Shown: positions 1-8,412, counted from the stretch's first letter. The stretch is DNA of 15,972 nt from Gemmatimonadales bacterium (GCA_039794085.1 JBDIWC010000073.1:1-15972); one strand, 5' to 3'. Notes: generated from the sequence alone by a model not told the origin. Made by a program: numbers and translations.

Positions 1-97
1 AGGAGTCGAAGCCTGACAGCGGACGTCACTCCTGAGAGGACTCACGCGAAGACGCGAAGGCGCGAAAGGACAATGGATTCCGGGCATAAACCGAAAC

Positions 98-124
98 GTC
101 ATCCCGAGCGAAAGCGAGGGATCT
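98..124 (+). repeat. REP-like short palindromic element (GTCATCCCGAGCGAAAGCGAGGGATCT)
   Basis: ATCCC/GGGAT outer stem, GA/GA internal mismatch and GC-GAAA-GC tetraloop stem. Resembles the GTCATCCC...GGGATC repeats often seen near small GIY-YIG genes. Confidence 0.5.
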
Positions 125-199
125 GAGGAGGTCGATGGAGTACTTCCCATCGTCCGGACTTTGATGCTTGCGGAACTGCCTCGCACGAAGACACGAGGG

Positions 200-271
200 G
201 GAAGTTTGAAGTTTGGAAGTTTGAAAGTTTGAAAGTTTGAAGTTCGAGGTTCGAGGTTCGAGGTTCGAAGT
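200..271 (+). repeat. Heptamer tandem repeat (GAAGTTT)n grading into (GAGGTTC)n
   Basis: About 10 imperfect 7-8 nt units read directly: gaagtttgaagtttggaagtttgaaagtttgaaagtttgaagttcgaggttcgaggttcgaggttcgaagt. Confidence 0.9.
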
Positions 272-433
272 AGGGATGAAATACTTTCGCCCCGGTGGGG
301 GTGCCCCCTCGGGATCCCGAAGGTTGGCTGAGTACTTCCCGTCGTGCGGGCCGCGATCTTTGCGGAACGGCCCCCCACAACAAATGCCGGTCTCGGCGCG
401 CCAGGCGTGGTGCGCCGGACATCACGCGGAGAC

Positions 434-458
434 CCTCTGCGACCTCTGCGACCTCTGT
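434..458 (+). repeat. Short 9-nt tandem repeat (CTCTGCGAC) x ~3
   Basis: ctctgcgac-ctctgcgac-ctctgtg. Similar low-complexity repeats lie at 45-68 (cacgcgaagacgcgaaggcgcgaaag) and 184-197. Confidence 0.7.
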
Positions 459-539
459 GGTGCCCCTCCCCCAACCCGCTTTGAACCCCGGAGGATGCGG
501 AGGAATTGGGGTTGCGAACGTACACCGGAACGTCAATTC

Positions 540-565
540 CTTCAAACTTCAAACTTCAAACTTCC
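540..565 (-). repeat. Inverted copy of the heptamer repeat, (AAACTTC)n
   Basis: 550-565 is the exact reverse complement of 200-215. It contains the TGA stop of the sigma factor gene. Confidence 0.85.
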
Positions 566-1152
566 AAGCAGGTGGTGCTGCCTTCGGTGGCCACGGAACA
601 GAGTCCCGCGTCCTCCGCCCGGGTCCGCAAGGCCTGCTGCAGGGCACGGCGCCCGCGGTAGAGCCGGGACCGGATGGTGCCGATCGGGAGCCCCAGTTTG
701 GCTGCGGCGTCCGCATAGGGCTCTCCGGCCACATCGATCATCACGAACACTCTCCGGTGCGCGTCGCTCAGCTTGGCGACCTCCGCGTTGATCGCCTCGC
801 CGAGATCGCGTTGCTCGGCTTCGTCCATGACATGGTTGGCCCGGGATGAATCGGCCGCCGCCAGGAGCGATTCCAGAACGGCGTCCTCCGTGGGCACGAT
901 GCGCGCACCTCGGCGGCAGGTGGTCAGAAAGGCGTTCCGGCAGATGCCGAAGAGCCACCGCCGCGCCTCGGTGCCCGGCTGGAATGTGTGCCAACCGCGA
1001 AGCGCGTTCAGGTACGTGGTCTGGGTGAGGTCGTCGGCATCGGCGCCGCTTCCGGTAAGCCGGTAGGCGTAGGAGCGCACATCCTCGCGCCAGGGTAGCG
1101 TTTGCTCGAATCGGTCACAGCGGGTGGCAGCATTGGTCAGGGGTGCGGACAT
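556..1152 (-). CDS. ECF-type sigma-70 family RNA polymerase sigma factor
   Basis: Region 2 (YAYRLTGSGADADDLTQTTYLNALRGW...WLFGICRNAF) and region 4 (YADAAAKLGLPIGTIRSRLYRGRRAL). Start placed at the ATG at 1152, after a GGAG RBS. Confidence 0.93.
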   Translation of the reverse strand: MSAPLTNAATRCDRFEQTLPWREDVRSYAYRLTGSGADADDLTQTTYLNALRGWHTFQPGTEARRWLFGICRNAFLTTCRRGARIVPTEDAVLESLLAAADSSRANHVMDEAEQRDLGEAINAEVAKLSDAHRRVFVMIDVAGEPYADAAAKLGLPIGTIRSRLYRGRRALQQALRTRAEDAGLCSVATEGSTTCLEV

Positions 1153-1410
1153 GGTGAACTCCCGGAGTTCCACTGGGTCTGGTGACGTCACCGATCCGTT
1201 CGACGACGGGCACGGCATCCTCACGGGCGAATCCTCCGTCCCCTGGCGACGTGCCACAGGAAGGAGATGGTCGCGGTGTCATTGGGAACTCTACCGTCAA
1301 CCCGGCGCGACGGGAATCGCTCGTTGGTGTGGATTCGGGACTCGCTCGAAAGGACTATCGGGACCCCCGGGACGCCGAGCCGACGTCCGTGGAGGGACCG
1401 TGGCGGAGGA

Positions 1411-1716
1411 TCAGGAGGCCGATGAGGAGGACCGCCGGACGGCGCCGGTCACCATCTGTGTGATCGTGGACCAGAGCCGGGGGGCGCCACGCAGGCGATC
1501 GACCGACCATCCGGGCACCCGGCCGTCAATGATGCGACGTCCCCATGCCGCGCAGCGAACGACCGCTTCGGCCTCGGTCGGGCATCGCTCCGTGGTGCTG
1601 AACGATTGCCGTCGGCCGTGGCGTTCGATTTCCAGGCTCACCGACCAGTGCCCGGTGACCCGGAGCTGGTAGGGTCGGGCGAAGATGCAGAACCCCTTGT
1701 ACCGAGTGGTCGTCAT
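1411..1716 (-). CDS. Small hypothetical protein (101 aa), possibly HlyU/CV_2116-like beta-beta-beta-alpha fold
   Basis: Pattern YKGFCIFARPYQL..WSVSLEIER...TEAEAVVRCAAWGRRIIDG. Its ATG overlaps the upstream gene's TGA (ATGA at 1713-1716). Confidence 0.7.
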   Translation of the reverse strand: MTTTRYKGFCIFARPYQLRVTGHWSVSLEIERHGRRQSFSTTERCPTEAEAVVRCAAWGRRIIDGRVPGWSVDRLRGAPRLWSTITQMVTGAVRRSSSSAS

Positions 1717-1949
1717 GATCGAGGCCCCCCGGACGTGACCACCATCCGGTCTGGCACGCCAGGCACTTCCACGAAAACCGGTTTCGTGCTCGTGAACCAG
1801 AGCTCCACCAGGAGCCGATCTTCCACCGGAATCATCGCAGGAACCGCTTTGTGCCCGTCCCGGTTATCCCGCACCCGGTCGATGGCTGTCGCCAGTTGAT
1901 CCAGTCGAAATCCGGTCACACCTTTCGGATCGTAGGCCACTGATGTCAT
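1713..1949 (-). CDS. Small hypothetical protein (78 aa, MTSVAYDPKG...)
   Basis: GAGGA RBS before the ATG at 1949. The stop overlaps the next gene's start, suggesting translational coupling. The upstream extension to 2288 looks non-coding. Confidence 0.55.
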   Translation of the reverse strand: MTSVAYDPKGVTGFRLDQLATAIDRVRDNRDGHKAVPAMIPVEDRLLVELWFTSTKPVFVEVPGVPDRMVVTSGGPRS

Positions 1950-2370
1950 CACATTCCTCGTGTCTGGGTGAACCACTATTCCAGCCCTGGACAGGGTGCT
2001 GCCCCCGGGAACCCCTCCCGCTCGATCGAGGCGGGGTGCGGCAGTGGGCCCGCACTTCCCGTCATGAAACGACCCCATGGCAGGGTCACATGCCGGGCAG
2101 AACGGGCCCCTCGTGCGATCTCGCTTCGCTCCGACGCTCGATCCACCGTTCCTCGATTTGCGATCCGCTACTGCGACGGCAACGCACCCGGTCAAGGGCG
2201 GGAACAACCCACGTGGATTGCCTCCCAGGATGCTGCGCGGAGGGTCCACGTGGACCTTCAATTTCAGGGAATTGAGCCGGAGGGACAATCGGTCGAACGA
2301 TGGGAAACTGATCTAGTCCGATGGGATGGGTTTCGCGCCACGCCCGGGGGGCGCCGGTCGGCGCGGTGGG

Positions 2371-3051
2371 CTATCGATCGAGGGCCTTCTGTCGCTTCTC
2401 GTTGTGATGGAAGGCGGCCACCTCCAACCGACTGTGCAGTGCCAGCTTCTCGAGCACATTGTGGACGTGGCTCTTGACAGTGTGGACCGCGATGTTCAGC
2501 CGCGTCGACAACTCCTTGTTGCTCAGGCCTTCACCGAGGAGGTTGACGATTTCCCGCTCCCGACTGGTCAGGCGAACCGACTCCAGGGCCTGAGCCCTCG
2601 TCCCCTCGGAGAGGCCGCGGGTGATCTGGGCAAAGAGGGTATTGGTCAACTGCCGGGGGAGGACCTCCGCCCCGCCCGCCACCGCCCGGATCGTCGCGAA
2701 GAACTCCTCGAAGGTGGCGTTCTTCATGGTGAACCCGGAGGCTCCGGCGTGAACGTAGGTGGCCACATCCTCATACAGGGGCAGGAGCCCCATGATGATC
2801 ACCCGCGTCGAGGGGACCTCCGCGCGGATGGTCGCAGTCAGAGCGAGACTGTCGTGGTCCTCCAATCCGAGGTCGAGGAGGACGATGTCGGGCTTGGCGT
2901 CCCGCGCGGTGGTCATGGCCTCGTCGACATCGGCGCAGGCCGCCAGAACGCGATACCCCGGCTGCTCATGGATCATGGTGGCCAGGCCCTCGCGGAACAG
3001 GCGGTTGTCGTCGATCAGTACGATGGCGATGGGGGCGGCCTTCTTCACCAT
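2371..3051 (-). CDS. NarL/FixJ (LuxR-type HTH) response regulator
   Basis: Receiver motifs IVLIDDNRLFREGL and PDIVLLDLGL. C-terminal LTSREREIVNLLGEGLSNKELSTRLNIAVHTVKSHVHNVLEKL. Confidence 0.95.
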   Translation of the reverse strand: MVKKAAPIAIVLIDDNRLFREGLATMIHEQPGYRVLAACADVDEAMTTARDAKPDIVLLDLGLEDHDSLALTATIRAEVPSTRVIIMGLLPLYEDVATYVHAGASGFTMKNATFEEFFATIRAVAGGAEVLPRQLTNTLFAQITRGLSEGTRAQALESVRLTSREREIVNLLGEGLSNKELSTRLNIAVHTVKSHVHNVLEKLALHSRLEVAAFHHNEKRQKALDR

Positions 3052-3376
3052 GGGGCAGCCGAGGTGCCCGTGCGGACGATCACCGTGTCACCTTTCCAGA
3101 TCGCGAGCCGGAATTTCGGACGCGAGGAATCGAGACCAAGGAAGAGTTTTCGGGCCGAGTTCGAACGGCGAGCTCAATGATATCGTCCCCCCCCAGTCTC
3201 CCACAAGCGACCGGGGTGGGTATCTTCGAGGGAGTGGGGGGAGGGTGTTTGCAGGACGGGACGGGGCGGTTCCGAGAAACCCGAGCGCCACGCGTTGCGT
3301 ATGGCGTATCTTCCGGGACATGTCTCGGCGGGAGAGGGACTCCAGGCTCACGATGCTCAGGATACCGATTGGCGTG

Positions 3377-4042
3377 ATGATCACTCAGTACTTCCGAACC
3401 ATGCTTCTTCTCGGCGCCTCCCTGACCGGGGTGGCCTGTGGCGGTGCGGCTCGGAGTCCGGCGGGCCCCGCCCCCGTTCCCGCGCCGAGCAGCATGGAGG
3501 CTCTCTACCGGGCCCGCCTCGACAGCGCCCGGACCCGGTTCACGCCCGCCGATGTGCACTTCATGACCGGGATGATCAGTCACCACGCCCAGGCCCTGGT
3601 CATGGCCCGGTGGGCCGAGAGCCATGCGGCCAGTCCCGGAGTCCGCACCCTGGCGGCGCGCATCACCAACGCGCAGCGAGATGAGATCACCCTCATGCAG
3701 GCCTGGCTCCGGGACCGGGAACAGCCCGTCCCCCAGGTCGAGATCACCGACCGGGGGATGATGATCCACGGCGGGCACGCCATGCGGATGCCGGGGATGC
3801 TCACCGACACTCAGATGGCGGAGCTCCAGAAGGCGCGCGGCGCCCAGTTCGACCGGCTCTTTCTCACCTTCATGATCCAGCACCATCAGGGCGCCGTGAC
3901 CATGGTCCACGAGCTCTTCGCCACCGACGGCGCCGGCCAGGACGAGGCGGTGTTCAAGTTCGCCTCCGATGTGCAGGTGGATCAGGCCACGGAGATAGCC
4001 CGGATGGAGATCATGCTGGGACAACTGGGAGATAGGGAATAG
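3377..4042 (+). CDS. DUF305 domain (ferritin-like, CopM-like) lipoprotein
   Basis: Two repeats, DVHFMTGMISHHAQALVMA and FDRLFLTFMIQHHQGAVTM, plus MPGML and a lipobox-like GVAC. Start uncertain (3353, 3377 or 3401). Confidence 0.92.
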   Translation: MITQYFRTMLLLGASLTGVACGGAARSPAGPAPVPAPSSMEALYRARLDSARTRFTPADVHFMTGMISHHAQALVMARWAESHAASPGVRTLAARITNAQRDEITLMQAWLRDREQPVPQVEITDRGMMIHGGHAMRMPGMLTDTQMAELQKARGAQFDRLFLTFMIQHHQGAVTMVHELFATDGAGQDEAVFKFASDVQVDQATEIARMEIMLGQLGDRE

Positions 4043-4147
4043 TGACAGGGGCGACGCGCAGCGTCGCCCGAGGCCCGGATGTTCCCGGCGCGGTAGGGAA
4101 CAGGGAACAGGAAACGACAACCTTCAACTTCATCGGAGCAATTGTTC

Positions 4148-6148
4148 ATGCACTCGACCTCTTCCCATCACCGCGGCCTGCGGAGGCCCGCTCCCCTCGC
4201 GCTGCTGCTCGGGGTTGCGGCCACCGCCGCCTGTGGTACCTCCACGTCCACGCCGGCTGCCCTCCCGGCCCCGGCGCAGAATGTGTCCGCCGCGCCTCCC
4301 TCCCCCGATCCGCGGATCGGTCTCCGTCCCGGGCTGCTGAACGCGGGCGAGGCGATCTGGAATCTCCGGCTCGTCTCGGCCACGCCGGCGCCGAAGGATT
4401 TCCTCGGGGTGACCAATTCCGATCTTGCATTCACCGGGAAGTACGCCATCCAGGGGAATTACAACGGTTTCCAGGTCTGGGACATCTCCAATCCGGCCGC
4501 TCCGGTTCTCGCGAAGGGGTTCGTCTGCCCGGCTTCCCAGAGCGACGTCTCCGTCTACAAGAACCTTCTGTTCGTCTCGGGAGAGGGATTCGGGGGACGG
4601 ATCGACTGCGGGAGTCAGGGAGTTCCCACGGCCGTGAGTCAGGACCGGCTCCGCGGCATCCGGATCTTCGACATCAGCGACATCCAGAACCCGAAGTACA
4701 TTGCCAACGTGCAGACCTGCCGGGGATCCCACACCCACACGGTGCTGGAGCACCCCGGTGACACCGAGAACGTCTACATCTATGTGTCCGGGTCCGCCCC
4801 TGTCCGTCCGGCGGCGGAGCTGCCGGGCTGCGTGAGCGCCCCACCGGGCGACGATCCCAACAGCGCCCTGTTCCGGATCGAGGTCATCCGGGTGCCGCTC
4901 GCCGATCCCACGAAGGCGGCGATCGTGAGCAGCCCGCGGATCTTCGACGATCTTGTCGCTCCGCCGACTCACGGGCTGGCTCCGGAGGACCGGGCACAGA
5001 TCGAGCAGGCCCGGGCGCGTGGCGCGTTCATCGCCGAATTCGGTGGACAGCAGTTCGTGTTGCCGAACGGAATGGTCGCCGCTCTGCTCGACAGCGTGGT
5101 GAAGGCCCGCGGCGGCAGCGGCGCCCCCACGGCGGCCGACAGCTCGACACTCCGTGCGGGGCTCCCGGCCCTGATTGAGAGAATGACAGGCCAGAGGGGA
5201 GGAAATGGTCCTCGCCCCGGACCCACCCAGTGCCACGACATCACCGTCTATCCCGGCATCGGGCTGGCCGGCGGGGCCTGCGAGGGATACGGGCTCCTGC
5301 TCGACATCAGCGACCCCGCCAATCCGAAGCGAATCGGGGCGGTGTCGGATTCCAACTTTGCCTACTGGCACTCGGCCACCTTCAACAACGACGGCACGAA
5401 GGTGCTCTTCACCGACGAGTGGGGCGGTGGTGGCCAGCCCAAGTGTCGCGCGAGCGACCCCAAGGAGTGGGGTGCCAACGCCATCTTCACGATCGAGAAC
5501 CGCCAGATGCGGTTCCGGAGCTACTACAAGCTTCCCGCGGCCCAGACCGCGCTGGAGAACTGCGTGGCCCACAATGGGAACCTGATCCCGGTGCCGGGAC
5601 GCGACATCATGGTGCAGGCGTGGTACCAGGGTGGCATCTCCATCTTTGACTGGACCGACGCGTCGAATCCACGCGAGATCGCCTTCTACGACCGGGGTCC
5701 GGTGAACGCGTCGCAGATGGAGATGGGGGGGAGCTGGTCGGTGTACTGGTACAACGGGGTGATCGTGAGTTCCGAGATCGCCCGGGGGCTCGACATCTTC
5801 GAGCTGGTGCCGAGCCCACTGCTCAGCCGGAACGAAATCGAGGCGGCGAAGACGGTGCGGCTCGACTACCTGAACGCGCAGGGCCAGCCCAGGTACACCT
5901 GGCCCCCCACCTTCTCGCTTTCGCGGGCGTACGTCGACCAGCTCGAACGGTCGAACGGTCTTTCCGCCGCGCGTATCGCCGCGGTGCGCTCGACGCTCGT
6001 GAACGCGGAGCGGATCTCGGGGAGCGCACGGCGGACCGCGTTGAGCCAGCTCGCCGGAGAGCTGCACCGGGAGGCCACGGCGTCGAGTGACGCGGCCAAG
6101 GTGCATGCGCTGGCGGGGTCGCTGGACCGGCTTGCTGCGGGAAGCTGA
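4148..6148 (+). CDS. LVIVD-repeat beta-propeller lipoprotein
   Basis: Repeats of NSDLAF..YAIQGNYNGFQVWDISNP, IRIFDISD..P and LLLDISDP. Lipobox TAAC; GGAG RBS before the ATG at 4148. Follows the DUF305 gene, a pairing I recognise as common. Confidence 0.88.
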   Translation: MHSTSSHHRGLRRPAPLALLLGVAATAACGTSTSTPAALPAPAQNVSAAPPSPDPRIGLRPGLLNAGEAIWNLRLVSATPAPKDFLGVTNSDLAFTGKYAIQGNYNGFQVWDISNPAAPVLAKGFVCPASQSDVSVYKNLLFVSGEGFGGRIDCGSQGVPTAVSQDRLRGIRIFDISDIQNPKYIANVQTCRGSHTHTVLEHPGDTENVYIYVSGSAPVRPAAELPGCVSAPPGDDPNSALFRIEVIRVPLADPTKAAIVSSPRIFDDLVAPPTHGLAPEDRAQIEQARARGAFIAEFGGQQFVLPNGMVAALLDSVVKARGGSGAPTAADSSTLRAGLPALIERMTGQRGGNGPRPGPTQCHDITVYPGIGLAGGACEGYGLLLDISDPANPKRIGAVSDSNFAYWHSATFNNDGTKVLFTDEWGGGGQPKCRASDPKEWGANAIFTIENRQMRFRSYYKLPAAQTALENCVAHNGNLIPVPGRDIMVQAWYQGGISIFDWTDASNPREIAFYDRGPVNASQMEMGGSWSVYWYNGVIVSSEIARGLDIFELVPSPLLSRNEIEAAKTVRLDYLNAQGQPRYTWPPTFSLSRAYVDQLERSNGLSAARIAAVRSTLVNAERISGSARRTALSQLAGELHREATASSDAAKVHALAGSLDRLAAGS

Positions 6149-6471
6149 CGATACAGATCACCAATACGGGGTGACGCCACGTCGGCGCCACCCCGTGTTG
6201 GTGATACACTCAGGGCGCAGCTTCGGCAGCCTGGATCAGGCAACTCACGGATCGAGGGTGACGTTGCAGACTCCACGGTGCAGTGTGTATCGTTGATGCA
6301 TTCCACCGTGAAGAAGCAGCAGTTTGTGCAGCAGAAGCCGCTCTCAGGCGTCGTGCATACGCAGATTCGGCACCTCTGCTCCGCTTGCAAAGGGCTCACC
6401 TGCACCGTCGTCAAAAGCACGGCCAAGGCTGCGTTGAGCACAGCCCACGACAAGATTGCGCGTTTCGTCAT
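5866..6471 (-). CDS. Secreted cysteine-rich peptide precursor (credible part ~6217-6471; the 3' tail reads antisense into the LVIVD gene)
   Basis: Sec signal MTKRAILSWAVLNAALAVLLTTVQVSPLQA, then EQRCRICVCTTPESGFCCTNCCFFTVECINDTHC. Very strong Shine-Dalgarno site upstream. Confidence 0.75.
   Translation of the reverse strand: MTKRAILSWAVLNAALAVLLTTVQVSPLQAEQRCRICVCTTPESGFCCTNCCFFTVECINDTHCTVESATSPSIRELPDPGCRSCALSVSPTRGGADVASPRIGDLYRQLPAASRSSDPASACTLAASLDAVASRCSSPASWLNAVRRALPEIRSAFTSVERTAAIRAAERPFDRSSWSTYARESEKVGGQVYLGWPCAFR
6157..6205. terminator. Long hairpin between convergent genes; probable terminator
   Basis: Arms 6157-6178 and 6184-6205 pair at 20/22 Watson-Crick positions around a 5-nt loop, starting 8 nt after the LVIVD stop. 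There is no U-tract. Confidence 0.65.
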
Positions 6472-6473
6472 CT

Positions 6474-6486
6474 TGGATCACCTCCT
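6474..6486 (-). promoter_or_regulatory. Extended Shine-Dalgarno site of the Cys-rich peptide gene
   Basis: The minus strand reads AGGAGGTGATCCA-AG-ATG, with 13 nt complementary to the conserved 16S 3' end (TGGATCACCTCCT). Confidence 0.85.
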
Positions 6487-6533
6487 CTCCACGAAGAAGG
6501 CGGGTATCCCCAACACTGAGGGGCGGATCCCGG

Positions 6534-7673
6534 TCATTCGAACGGCATCCGTACAAGTCCAATCCTTTCAATGCCATCGGCCTCCTGAAAGACCCCTACG
6601 AGAGTATCCCCTCGTATCTGATGCGCTTGGAATCCGGGGGGTACTGCAAAACGTTGTTGCTCACTGTTTGGCGGCGGCTGGATCAAAACCCACACGTTAC
6701 CGTAACCGATCGGAGAATAACGCGTGTCGAATTCTTGAAGCAATGCGGCGCCGTCCGAGGAGCAGAGCATCGATACCGCACGAGGCGCGACTGTTGCGAA
6801 CTGTTGTTTTGTCTCGCCGAGCATCTCTTCGATACGTGCCACGAATTGTGCGCGGGCGGCCGGCGATCCCCTTGCCTCCTCCCCCGCCGTGAGTTCCATG
6901 AAGCGACGCCGGTCCTCCACCGTGATGGTACGGCGGACCGGGGTCCAAGGACGACTCGACCGGCTATAGTCTATCAGGGACAGCCACACGATTGAATCGC
7001 CCACGGCGGACGTGTGAGCGATCAGGCTATCGTTGCACTTCGCCCACAAGGGAACGTCAAGAAAGTATTGTGCTGTTTCCCCGGAAGGCCTGGCACCTGG
7101 AAAGGACGCAAGCGTGTCGGCCTTCCCCGATGCCTTCAGGCGGATCAAGTCTGACGAGGCGAGATCCGCCAACCCCATGACAAGTGAGCGTGGAACTAAT
7201 GCCAAGGGATCGCCATCGGTCGCATATTCGATGTAGCCAGGTCTTCCGTAGAAGCGGCGAGCATACCTGACGAAGACTTGAGTGGCGAGCGCGTCAAGAG
7301 TGGGATGAGGGTGTGGGCTGAGATTTGTATCCACACGGATGACCTTGTGCGTGCCGAACTCCAGGACCAGTGGGTTGGAAAAGTCATTGCGTGTGATGAG
7401 TTGGGCTGGTGCAAGCATTTCGACCGGGCCCCGACCTTGTTCCACCATGCTCTTGACGTACTGGCCGTCTATGGTCCAGGCGCGAAGGTAGGGAGCTGGT
7501 GAAACCAATGCCCACACATAACCTCCGCGGACAGAGATCTCACGATAGAGCTGAACACTGCTGTCGGGTTGGTATCGAAGGATCTCCTCAGCGTGTCTGT
7601 GGACTGTGGGTATGGGGGCAGATGGCTGACAAGCCGAAAGACCCAGGATAATGCAGGTGCATGCTCGCTTCAT
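6534..7673 (-). CDS. Six-bladed beta-propeller-type (NHL/TolB-like) lipoprotein, 379 aa
   Basis: MKRACTCIILGLSAC lipobox, DGQYVKSMVEQGRGPVEM (G-x-GP-x-E blade motif) and C-terminal VPPGFQAHQIRGDTLVGVFQEADGIERI. The start at 7673 lies 13 nt after the redoxin stop. Confidence 0.7.
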   Translation of the reverse strand: MKRACTCIILGLSACQPSAPIPTVHRHAEEILRYQPDSSVQLYREISVRGGYVWALVSPAPYLRAWTIDGQYVKSMVEQGRGPVEMLAPAQLITRNDFSNPLVLEFGTHKVIRVDTNLSPHPHPTLDALATQVFVRYARRFYGRPGYIEYATDGDPLALVPRSLVMGLADLASSDLIRLKASGKADTLASFPGARPSGETAQYFLDVPLWAKCNDSLIAHTSAVGDSIVWLSLIDYSRSSRPWTPVRRTITVEDRRRFMELTAGEEARGSPAARAQFVARIEEMLGETKQQFATVAPRAVSMLCSSDGAALLQEFDTRYSPIGYGNVWVLIQPPPNSEQQRFAVPPGFQAHQIRGDTLVGVFQEADGIERIGLVRMPFE

Positions 7674-7686
7674 CTCGAAAACGTGG

Positions 7687-8256
7687 TCACGCGGCATCGC
7701 TTGAACGCTCCGAGCCACTGCTGTACAGACCCCCGCTGCGCAGGACATTGAGAAGATCACCCCCGACGCCGGTGGCACGGACCACGCCCAGAGTATCCAC
7801 CACGTAATACCACGGAGTGCGAGCTGTCAGGGCTCGTTCCGGGCTCGTGGGGGGGAGGTCAGTCGGAATCGAGAACACTCGAAGGTTACGGTTGTGCGGC
7901 AACTCCTCCCTCGCGACACCAGGAGAGTCGGCGGTGAGAATGACGAAATCGAGGGATGAATTCTCGCCAAGAATGCTGTCAAGGATCGGCTTGAAGCGTT
8001 GGCAACCGTTGCAGGATCTCTCAAACGATACGAGGACCAATGGTCCAAGCCGCCCCGCAGTCAAAGAGAACCTCGTGGGCGTACTGTCATTGGTTAGCAG
8101 CGTAAGGGCTTCAAGGTGATCACCCACCTGCGGCAGGCGTGGCGGCACTGCGTCGTTGGCAGTCGATAGACGGGAACCCTAGGTCACCAGTTGCACGATC
8201 GCGAGCAGGACCAAGCCCCATCCAACCATCCTGCGGACCTTCCCATGAATGGCCAT
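7687..8256 (-). pseudogene. Membrane-anchored TlpA/redoxin-like thioredoxin-fold protein with an in-frame TAG at codon 26
   Basis: GAGGT RBS, then MAIHGKVRRMVGWGLVLLAIVQLVT*GSRLSTANDAVPPRLPQVGD... with TAG at 8179-8181. CxxC (SCNGC) after a hydrophobic strand and a TP cis-Pro loop (TPWYYVVDTLGVVR). Confidence 0.75.
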
Positions 8257-8383
8257 TTTTTGACCTCGTTGTGTTGCGAGTGTGCCAAGTCCGGGGAGTT
8301 GACCCACGTCTTTTCTCGTTCCTGGGGGGCCGAGCTCTGAAAGCAATGTAGTACAGCACTAACTCGTCTATATATATGTATAT

Positions 8384-8412
8384 ATAATAAAGTACCACCA
8401 CTACGATGAGAA
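8384..8412 (-). promoter_or_regulatory. Candidate sigma70 promoter for the island operon
   Basis: Minus strand TTCTCA-N17-TATTAT inside the most AT-rich tract of the window, about 130 nt upstream of the redoxin ATG. Confidence 0.35.

Noticed and set aside
200..565. CRISPR array
   Set aside because: Units are 7-9 nt and contiguous, with no spacers and no cas genes in the window.
2141..2327. Two ATC-N11-GAT boxes (2141-2157, 2311-2327) as response-regulator sites
   Set aside because: Too little information content to separate from chance by eye.
2759..3376. N-terminal extension of the DUF305 ORF
   Set aside because: It overlaps the response regulator antisense and precedes the signal peptide and lipobox.
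4130..6106. 658-aa minus-strand ORF
   Set aside because: Antisense shadow of the LVIVD gene, expected in high-GC DNA. The same applies to 2326-3180, 3080-4120, 10051-11007 and 11449-12243.
6474..6486. 16S rRNA 3'-end fragment
   Set aside because: Only 13 nt match, and it sits just upstream of a minus-strand ATG, so it is better explained as a Shine-Dalgarno site.
8179..8181. Genome-wide TAG recoding or pyrrolysine
   Set aside because: TAG is the ordinary stop of the response regulator, DUF305, PBP and PRC-barrel genes, and no pyl genes are in the window.
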